IMG/VR virus record: IMGVR_UViG_3300046010_000754
Coordinates: 1,910-65,909 of that record
DNA from: a virus
Lineage: Duplodnaviria; Caudoviricetes
Length of the DNA: 64,000 nucleotides
Direction: 5' to 3' (one strand)
Shown here: positions 57,700 through 64,000 of the stretch, piece by piece
Position numbering within the stretch: the stretch's first letter is position 1
Layout of the letters: each line of letters begins with the position of its first letter
The notes under the pieces: model-generated
The model's input: only the letters and a program-made list of their open reading frames with translations
Told to the model about the DNA's origin: nothing
The model's database searches: none
Made by a program: the position numbers and the translations under genes

Positions 57700-58913
57700 G
57701 ACCAGTCCTCCACGTGTACATACTTGCCCACATCAGGTCGGGCGTTCCTGTTACCAACGATGCACCACAGTACGGGGCATGCCCACTGACCCCACGAACC
57801 ACCGAGGTAGCCGTCAGTCAACACGATCACCGCTTGCGGTTTAACACCATGCTGTGTCATGTACTCAGGCACACACTCCACCACAGTGCCACCACCACCC
57901 GCAGGTTTGGTCGATTGGATGATGTTCGCTACCTCAGTGCCAACGTACTTCTCGTCCGCACACACCTCGGTGTCCCAATACAAGAGGCGCACTACGTCAG
58001 GGTTGACCTGATCACAGATACCCTTGACCTCGCCCAAGAACTTGGACAACTCGCGCCCACCGATGGAGCCCGATGTGTCGATGGCAATGACCAACTCACC
58101 CACCTGTTCGCTCACACCCGATGGCATGTAATAGCCCGATGACACGAACCTACGGTTGGGCCGCCGCCACGTCGAGTAGTCGCTACCCTGACACGTTGTG
58201 GCAATGAACTCACGCAACATCTCGCGCCAGTCGATCTTGGTTTCGAGCAAGTCATCGAACATCCGATCACCACCCGAGCCGAGCTTGCCAGCCGCCAGTG
58301 CGCCTTGACGTATCGCTTCATCGAGGTCACGTGCTAACTGCTTGCCTTGCTCAGGAGTCATGTCCCGAGCGCCCTCCCAGTCGTGATCATCGAGACCAGT
58401 TCCCGAGGGTGCGCCTGAGCCGTCACCATCACCCGAGCCGCCACCTTGCCCGCCCCCGGAATCCTGTTGGTCGTCCTTCAATAACTTGTACACCTGTGCG
58501 CTGTCCATGCCACGGTACTTGGCATCACACAGTCCGACCTTGGGCATGATGGCAAAGCCATCGCTGTTGTCATCGGTCAGCTTGATGTTGATCACGTAGT
58601 CGCACGCCGCATTCGCAAGCTGTGCGTTGTCCTCATACAGATGACGCCACGTAGTCAGGTGCCGATACAGTTTGTGGTAGCACTCGTGCAACACGAGGAA
58701 CCGTAGCTCTGCATCACTGAGGGTCTCAATGAACGCACGTCCATACATCTCATCACGCCCGTTGGTGCATGCGGTCTTGGTCTTGTCGTCCACTGTGCGT
58801 GAGCCGATCATCAGTACGCCAGCGAGGGCGACATACTTGGGCGAACCCATGATGTCCACCACTGCCTTGCTGAGCCGTTGCTCAGCGGTTAGTTGTTTGC
58901 CTATCATCAGCAT
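57696..58913 (-). CDS. DUF2201-type metallopeptidase + vWA domain protein
   Basis: TACTNG, LHECYH (HExxH), DDHDW, MIDAS DTSGS, GGGGT, LTDGY. Confidence 0.9.
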   Translation of the reverse strand: MLMIGKQLTAEQRLSKAVVDIMGSPKYVALAGVLMIGSRTVDDKTKTACTNGRDEMYGRAFIETLSDAELRFLVLHECYHKLYRHLTTWRHLYEDNAQLANAACDYVINIKLTDDNSDGFAIMPKVGLCDAKYRGMDSAQVYKLLKDDQQDSGGGQGGGSGDGDGSGAPSGTGLDDHDWEGARDMTPEQGKQLARDLDEAIRQGALAAGKLGSGGDRMFDDLLETKIDWREMLREFIATTCQGSDYSTWRRPNRRFVSSGYYMPSGVSEQVGELVIAIDTSGSIGGRELSKFLGEVKGICDQVNPDVVRLLYWDTEVCADEKYVGTEVANIIQSTKPAGGGGTVVECVPEYMTQHGVKPQAVIVLTDGYLGGSWGQWACPVLWCIVGNRNARPDVGKYVHVEDWS

Positions 58914-58914
58914 T

Positions 58915-59031
58915 TCATTTCTCCTTGATGCACTGACATTCGCCAGCGCCTTTGATACATACGTGGAAGTCGATGAGTCCGACCATCCCCGCCAGTGTGC
59001 AAAGCACGAAAGCCCATCCGAGGAATCTCAT
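58915..59031 (-). CDS. 38-aa Cys-rich membrane peptide (absent from ORF track)
   Basis: TAAGGA RBS; MRFLGWAFVLCTLAGMVGLIDFHVCIKGAGECQCIKEK*. Confidence 0.5.
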   Translation of the reverse strand: MRFLGWAFVLCTLAGMVGLIDFHVCIKGAGECQCIKEK

Positions 59032-59063
59032 ACCGTGTCCTTAGTTGTTAGGGAGTCCCTAAC

Positions 59064-60158
59064 TTATTTCTTGTCCGCCGCGAACATGTAGTTGTTCGCC
59101 ATTGCCCACGCTGTGAACTTCTTGTTGGTCATGACCACAGACTGCTTGGCATACTTGGGGTTGCGCACACCGTTGGCAAACATGCCTTGGGCTTCTTTGT
59201 CGAGGCGCACCATGTAGTCCATCCACGCATCAATCCAGTCACGGTCGATGACAGACAACGAGCGATACACCACCATGCACACCGCCGCCGCGCTGTCAGG
59301 CACCTTGGCATTCATCGGGTCTTTCTTGATTGACTCCAATGATGGCAACTGATCAGACAGTTTGACGAACGCCATCAAGTCCATCGCTCCGCGTTCACCG
59401 ATGGTGCCCATGAGCAAAGCTGTCATAGTTTGATCGTCCACACCATCGCGGCCCTTCAACCAATCCGATGCGGCTTCGAGTGAACGAGGCGTGACGAACG
59501 CAGTGCGCTGTTGCTTGGGGTGATAGATGTACGGGTTCTGTTCAGGGTCTTTGACATCCTCGAACGAGTGGAACAACTGAGGGTTGTCCTTGCACCATCC
59601 GAGCAACGTGTGATCGACACCGTTGTTGACACCCCACTCAATCCATTCCATGTTTGACGGCTTGCGTGATGTGACCACAGTCATACGGTTACGTGCATGG
59701 GGAGGGAGCAGGTCGCCCACACCCTCTGCGCCGAGGTTGGTCGTGGCAAACACCACAGACTTGTCGGTTAACGTGTAACCACCCATCTTGCGTTCGAGCA
59801 AGAGCCGGAGCATGGCGTTCTTCACGGCAGGGTTTGCCTTGCCGTACTCGTCCACCATCAGGATGATGTCTTTCCCTAAGTGCAAGCCGAGTTCCTCGTT
59901 GGTCACGTAGCGCACATACCCTTGGTCGTCAATGGTCTGCAACTGAGGGATGGTGATGTCGCCCAAGTCCTTGGTCGTGCAGTCAAAGTAGCACATGATG
60001 TGTTGTGGCAGTGCCTTGCCCAAGGTCTTGAGCAGGGATGACTTGCCTGTACCCATGTGACCTTGCACAAGGACGGTACGCTTGTTGCCACCGACACGGA
60101 TGGCTGTCTCGATTTGGTCGAGCCCGAGGGAGTACATTGCAATAGCTTGATTAGACAT
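59064..60158 (-). CDS. MoxR-like AAA+ ATPase
   Basis: Walker A GHMGTGKS, Walker B LMVDE, sensor FATTN, RNRM, TPRS; paired with the vWA gene. Confidence 0.88.
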   Translation of the reverse strand: MSNQAIAMYSLGLDQIETAIRVGGNKRTVLVQGHMGTGKSSLLKTLGKALPQHIMCYFDCTTKDLGDITIPQLQTIDDQGYVRYVTNEELGLHLGKDIILMVDEYGKANPAVKNAMLRLLLERKMGGYTLTDKSVVFATTNLGAEGVGDLLPPHARNRMTVVTSRKPSNMEWIEWGVNNGVDHTLLGWCKDNPQLFHSFEDVKDPEQNPYIYHPKQQRTAFVTPRSLEAASDWLKGRDGVDDQTMTALLMGTIGERGAMDLMAFVKLSDQLPSLESIKKDPMNAKVPDSAAAVCMVVYRSLSVIDRDWIDAWMDYMVRLDKEAQGMFANGVRNPKYAKQSVVMTNKKFTAWAMANNYMFAADKK

Positions 60159-60209
60159 GATGTTTCTTTCTGTTTGGTTAGGTTAAGTTGTTAGGGAGTC
60201 CCTAACTTG

Positions 60210-61097
60210 TTACCAGCCGAGGCTCGGCAGGTTGTCGATGGTCTTGCGCACCTCGTTGACCTTGCGGCGGGTCTCGGCGCGGAGGTAGGGGTCTTCACGC
60301 AGGGCATCGGGTGTGATGCCACGCATGGCTTCGTCGAGGTCACGCTGTGCGGCTGACATCACGGGGTCGCCTGTCACGTTACATGCACCGAGCAGTTCGA
60401 TGATGTCCGTCACGTTGGACACGAGTGAATCGCGGAACACCTTGCGTGTGGTGTCATCGGCATAGTCGAGGCGCTCTGACATCTTTGTCAGTGCATCGTG
60501 CGCTCTGCGCCATACATCGCCCATCGCGGTTTGCAACTGCTGTGCGTAGTAGCCCTCGTACTGAGAACGCAGGGCGCTCTCGGTCTCGTCACCGATGGAC
60601 ACACGCCAGTCACCCGCATCAGGCAGGGGCATGTAGTTCATCTTGAAGCGGAACTTGTGGATGAGGCTGTCCGCTGTCGGGTACTCGTCAGGGTTGAACA
60701 GTGCGCCGAGCTTGAGTTGGGCGTTCTGAATCTCCCACGAGTAGGCATCGAGGAACGCTTGCACGAGGCGTTGGTATTCGCTTTGCAATGCTGTCATCTC
60801 TTGGTGATACTTGAAGTATTGTGTTGTCGGGAGCAGACGCAGACCTGTGTCAGACCAAGGCATGGTGCATGCGTAGTGCACGTTACGGGCATTGGCCGTG
60901 AACTTCTGCACCGCATCCAATTCGGCGCAGTCACCGAGGAGCTTCTTGTGCACGTTGGCCACACCCTTGTCAGCGTTGTTCTGTGACGTGACATCCTGTG
61001 ATGCACGCTTGTCGAGCTTGCGGCCAGTCCATGTACCGATGCTGAGTTCGACCAGCATGGCGGCGCTGGAGATTGAGGGGATAGATGTGTTTGTCAT
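60210..61097 (-). CDS. DUF3150-like helical protein accompanying the AAA/vWA pair
   Basis: AMLVELSIGTW...KKLL...TMPWSD.G.RLLP...LG.LFNPDEYP. Confidence 0.7.
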   Translation of the reverse strand: MTNTSIPSISSAAMLVELSIGTWTGRKLDKRASQDVTSQNNADKGVANVHKKLLGDCAELDAVQKFTANARNVHYACTMPWSDTGLRLLPTTQYFKYHQEMTALQSEYQRLVQAFLDAYSWEIQNAQLKLGALFNPDEYPTADSLIHKFRFKMNYMPLPDAGDWRVSIGDETESALRSQYEGYYAQQLQTAMGDVWRRAHDALTKMSERLDYADDTTRKVFRDSLVSNVTDIIELLGACNVTGDPVMSAAQRDLDEAMRGITPDALREDPYLRAETRRKVNEVRKTIDNLPSLGW

Positions 61098-61178
61098 TTC
61101 GTTTCCTTGTTTGTTAGGGATTCCCTAACTGGGTTTGGGTTTGTTTATCGACAAGGCGAATTCCGAGTCGATGGTTGT

Positions 61179-61207
61179 ATTGTAGCATAGTCTGCTACGT
61201 TTGTCAA
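61179..61207 (-). promoter_or_regulatory. Strong sigma70 early promoter
   Basis: TTGACA-17 nt-TACAAT with TGn extension. Confidence 0.85.
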
Positions 61208-61224
61208 TGTTTTCACACTGTCTG

Positions 61225-61425
61225 TTAAGTTCTGTCAGGTACCTTCGATACCCACACGCACTCGTTGATGTGCACCTTGCCCTTGCTGTCGGTGTATGTC
61301 TCGCCGCACCCTGCGGCCCACTCCAAGAACATGAACAGGAAGAACGCCATCAGCGCCGCGCCAGCGAGACCTTGAAGTAGCCAAAGCAAGAGTGGTTTGA
61401 GGTATTGCGTCCAAAGATGTTTCAT
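61225..61425 (-). CDS. Small membrane protein
   Basis: Long hydrophobic segment then CG...C; AAGGA RBS. Confidence 0.65.
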   Translation of the reverse strand: MKHLWTQYLKPLLLWLLQGLAGAALMAFFLFMFLEWAAGCGETYTDSKGKVHINECVWVSKVPDRT

Positions 61426-61598
61426 TGTGTGTCCTTCGTTTGGTTCATGTGGTTAAGAACCGCAATCCAGAACTTGCGCCCTGCCTCGTGGCTGTCGTAT
61501 GCAAACGCATGGTCGGTCGCCCGTTCTGCGGGTGTGTACTTGCTGTGCTTGTACATGCTCATCATGCGTTCGGCGGTGGCCTTCGGGTCATCGGTCAT
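61422..61598 (-). CDS. Hypothetical early protein
   Basis: GGAGG RBS before ATG 61598; ATGA overlaps. Confidence 0.55.
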   Translation of the reverse strand: MTDDPKATAERMMSMYKHSKYTPAERATDHAFAYDSHEAGRKFWIAVLNHMNQTKDTQ

Positions 61599-61894
61599 TT
61601 CAATTCCTCCCATCCGAATCCGGTGACGTTGCTTGGCTGTGACTGTGACGTGTAAGCGTACATGTCCTTGGCGCGTTTGGCTGTCAGGCCAGTCCACTCG
61701 GTCGTTGCACCGTCACGGGTGGTGATGTAGAACCGGAAGCGGTACTTGTTGGGTTGCACCTTGGCTTTGCGCTCGGCCTCCATGATGTCACGCATGGCGT
61801 GGAAAGACTCGTGTTTCATCACGGCCAGTTGTTGTGCGGCTGTTAGGGGATTCCCTAACAAGTCCATTGTGTAGATGTCCTCGGCTTGTTTCAT
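61595..61894 (-). CDS. Hypothetical early protein
   Basis: TAAGGA RBS; contains an in-frame palindrome variant. Confidence 0.65.
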   Translation of the reverse strand: MKQAEDIYTMDLLGNPLTAAQQLAVMKHESFHAMRDIMEAERKAKVQPNKYRFRFYITTRDGATTEWTGLTAKRAKDMYAYTSQSQPSNVTGFGWEELK

Positions 61895-61903
61895 GGTGAG
61901 TCC

Positions 61904-62128
61904 TTAGCGGTGCAAGCCGCCTTTGTTGTTGATACCCTTGAGGTCGTCAAGGTCGGTGATGAGCATGTAGTTGCTCTTGTGCATGGGCACGATGGTGCGG
62001 ATGGATGCACGTGCTTGTGCATCGCCGCATGGCATGCAGATGTGATAGCCAGCGTTGGCTCGCTTGGCTGAATAGATGTCGTCGCAGATGACGCACCGAG
62101 GTTTGAGGCGGCGATTGTGTCCCATCAT
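61904..62128 (-). CDS. Small zinc-finger protein
   Basis: CVIC...CMPC, PMHKSNY. Confidence 0.7.
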   Translation of the reverse strand: MMGHNRRLKPRCVICDDIYSAKRANAGYHICMPCGDAQARASIRTIVPMHKSNYMLITDLDDLKGINNKGGLHR

Positions 62129-62310
62129 GCACCTTTCTTGTTGTCAAGCCATGCTTGGAGGCGCAGGACTCGGGTGTAGATGTGGTGGTCGGCGTTGCCG
62201 TGGTCGGCAAGGGTCTGCTCGTAGTGAGTGACTTCCTGTGCACCGACATACTCCAAGAGGTCGGCGAGGTCGGCCAAAAGTGGCTCGGTAATTAAACGAT
62301 TGTGTCCCAT
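62125..62310 (-). CDS. Hypothetical early protein
   Basis: AAAGGA RBS; first gene after the 62.4-kb promoter; begins MGHNR like the next gene. Confidence 0.6.
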   Translation of the reverse strand: MGHNRLITEPLLADLADLLEYVGAQEVTHYEQTLADHGNADHHIYTRVLRLQAWLDNKKGA

Positions 62311-62370
62311 GGGTTAGTCCTTTCATGACTGTGGTGTAACACGTGATAACTTGTTAGGGATTCCCTAACA

Positions 62371-62950
62371 CGAACATTACAAGACGGGTAAAAACGAACA
62401 TTACTCGACTTGAACTATCATTATATACCATATCGTGGTGTTTGTCAATGTTTGGTGAGTGGGTGTGTAGAGTTCCTTTGTTTAGTAAATGTTCTTGTAA
62501 TGTAGCTGTGCAAGTCCTTGATTTACAACACTGTTCTAAAAGTACCGTCAAAAAAGACATACCCCGCCCCTCGGGCCTTTTCCCCCAAAAAAGTTATCCT
62601 ATAAATGGTTATGGTGTGTTTGAAAAAGTCAAAAAATACCCTTCGGACATTTCTGGAGAAAACGAACATATCTAAAAGTATTCATAATTAAGGTATAGAG
62701 TATATAGAAATAGAGTTCATATCAGAGTGCAAGTAATACCTGATGTAATGCCTGAGTACGCCATTTATATTGTTCTTGTAAAAACGAACATTGCAAGAAC
62801 ATTGCGGAACATTAGGGGGTAAAAACGAACATTAGGGGGAATAAAAAACATGTTAGCCATTTGAGCAAAACGAACAATACAAACCCAACGAAAACGAACA
62901 ATAGAACAATCATCAAACGCGAACATTAGAACAGTCTGAAAAACGAACAG
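62371..62950 (+). repeat. AT-rich region with ~13 (AAAAC)GAACA iteron-like repeats; candidate replication origin
   Basis: GAACA at 62372, 62396, 62664, 62786, 62797, 62807, 62827, 62872, 62896, 62904, 62921, 62929, 62945; no credible ORF. Confidence 0.6.
62420..62448 (-). promoter_or_regulatory. Consensus sigma70 early promoter
   Basis: TTGACA-17 nt-TATAAT (perfect consensus). Confidence 0.9.
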
Positions 62951-62956
62951 TTGGGG

Positions 62957-63177
62957 CTCGCCGCCGCTTTAGGAACTGGTTTCACGTGTTAGGGAGCCCC
63001 CTAACAAGCCGGGAACTAACCACGTGGCGTATCACGTGATGGCTTGTTATAGTGAGTGTGTGAGCCTGTGGCTCATGGCGCGGGGCACGTAACGCTCGTC
63101 TGCCCCCTTCGGGGCCGCTCGTGCCACTCGCCGCCGCTTCAGGAACTGGTATCTTTTGTTAGGGAGTCCCTAACAAG
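62957..63177 (+). repeat. ~51-bp imperfect direct repeat, each copy ending in the palindrome
   Basis: CTCGCCGCCGCTTYAGGAACTGGT...TGTTAGGGAG..CCCTAACAAG at 62957-63008 and 63127-63177. Confidence 0.85.
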
Positions 63178-63201
63178 TATTGGGGTGCAGGAATTTTGGA
63201 C

Positions 63202-63229
63202 AAAAAAAAGCCCCCATTTCTGGGGGCTT
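63202..63229 (-). terminator. Intrinsic terminator
   Basis: AAGCCCCCA-GAAA-TGGGGGCTT followed by a T-run on the - strand. Confidence 0.88.
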
Positions 63230-63241
63230 CGTGGTGCCTTG

Positions 63242-63766
63242 TTAGGCGTTGGCTGGGATTCTTGCCAGTGCTGACTGCAAGTCTTTGATGAAAGACCCGA
63301 TGTCACGTATTGTCGTGCTCTCCTTCTTCTGAGCCTGAGCGATCATCTCGCTGAGCACTTTGCGCTTCGTGCTTTCCCACGTTGACTTGTCAGCGCCTGC
63401 GCCGTCAGACTCAGCGCCCTGCGCTTCGCGCCGTGTCAGTGCATTGCGCAAGTCTTTGAGCTTCGAGCCGATCTGCTGTTGCCAGTAACGCTTGCTTTCT
63501 TTCTGAGCTTCGCTGAGCCCCTTCGTGTCCTTCTTCAACAAGGCTTGCACCGTGGCCGTGAAGCCCATCACGATGCTGACCTTCACGCTGTCAAACAAGA
63601 CAGTGCTTTCACCCTTAGCAGGTGCCACAAGCATGGCGGCTGTCACGCCGTCAGCATGGAGGCTGTCAACTGCTTTGAGCTTCGCATTGTCCACCTTGAC
63701 CGATTGACCTGCCCATGCGCCGATGGCGTTGATGGTTGCGGTAGAGAGTTTAGCTGTTGCTTTCAT
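63242..63766 (-). CDS. Monocistronic early protein of unknown function
   Basis: AAAGGA RBS before ATG 63766; own promoter and terminator. Confidence 0.75.
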   Translation of the reverse strand: MKATAKLSTATINAIGAWAGQSVKVDNAKLKAVDSLHADGVTAAMLVAPAKGESTVLFDSVKVSIVMGFTATVQALLKKDTKGLSEAQKESKRYWQQQIGSKLKDLRNALTRREAQGAESDGAGADKSTWESTKRKVLSEMIAQAQKKESTTIRDIGSFIKDLQSALARIPANA

Positions 63767-63826
63767 TTCAGTTCCTTTGAGGATTACCCGGCAGACAATC
63801 AAGACGTTGTCTGAACCGAGGCCTCT

Positions 63827-63855
63827 ACTGTAACAAAGCATGGCATGATTGTCAA
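63827..63855 (-). promoter_or_regulatory. Sigma70 promoter
   Basis: TTGACA-17 nt-TACAGT with TGn extension. Confidence 0.75.
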
Positions 63856-64000
63856 GGTAATGGCACGATCTGTCACGATCTGTTAGGGATTCCCTAACAT
63901 TTCAGAATTGGGGATAGGCCGAACCCACCCGTACGCCACCCCCCGCTGTATGGTTAGGAGTCCCTGTGGCCGCCTTGGTATGCTATTCCGCACAAATGTC

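Larger units (their letters stand above)
51748..63898. repeat. Dispersed 17-bp palindrome GTTAGGGA(G/T)TCCCTAAC
   Basis: Exact copies start at 51748, 54863, 57274, 59047, 60190, 61113, 62353, 63158, 63882; 18-bp variants at 61842 and 62988. Confidence 0.95.

Noticed and set aside
62786-62800. GAAC-N7-GAAC, matching the alphaproteobacterial LexA box
   Set aside because: One pairing within a dense GAACA array, not overlapping an identified promoter; expected by chance here.
51748-63898. Palindromes as a CRISPR array or integron attC sites
   Set aside because: Spacing is irregular (hundreds to thousands of bp) and no cas operon is present; the GTT/AAC arms are in the opposite order to attC, there is no long imperfect stem, and no integrase is present.
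1-64000. tRNA or rRNA genes
   Set aside because: No cloverleaf/T-loop (GTTCRA) context or rRNA-like sequence noticed in the few intergenic gaps; a tRNAscan-SE run would be decisive.

Overview
The window holds most of a ~65 kb+ tailed dsDNA bacteriophage genome with a podovirus-like (P22/T7-type) short-tail and ejection-protein architecture. The host is not identifiable from the sequence. The + strand (1-40611) carries morphogenesis genes in this order: C-terminal part of the large terminase, portal, GroES co-chaperonin, scaffold, capsid proteins, small basic proteins, adaptors, tail fibre, lysis genes (T4 gpT-like holin, 3TM holin, M15 peptidase), nozzle, an unexpected acyl-carrier-protein + ketosynthase pair, then five ejection/internal proteins, two of them >2100 aa. 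The - strand (40700-63766) carries replication and early genes: primase/DUF927 helicase, SSB-like protein, SNF2 helicase, HNH, PD-(D/E)XK nuclease, PolA, VRR-NUC, Lar-like protein, MoxR-AAA/vWA module and many small ORFs, driven by near-consensus sigma70 promoters. An AT-rich, iteron-like non-coding region lies at ~62.3-63.2 kb. The strongest unexplained signals are: (1) the ACP-KAS pair in the virion module, a candidate virion-protein lipidation system; (2) an unannotated ~78-nt candidate sRNA at 40613-40690 whose seed is antisense to an extended ribosome-binding motif shared by many early/middle genes; (3) 11 copies of a 17-bp palindrome GTTAGGGA(G/T)TCCCTAAC confined to the early arm; (4) a pseudoknotted leader after the capsid gene; (5) a shared [FYML]xxGG peptide motif in core and ejection proteins. 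All functional calls come from motif recognition by eye; no database searches were run.
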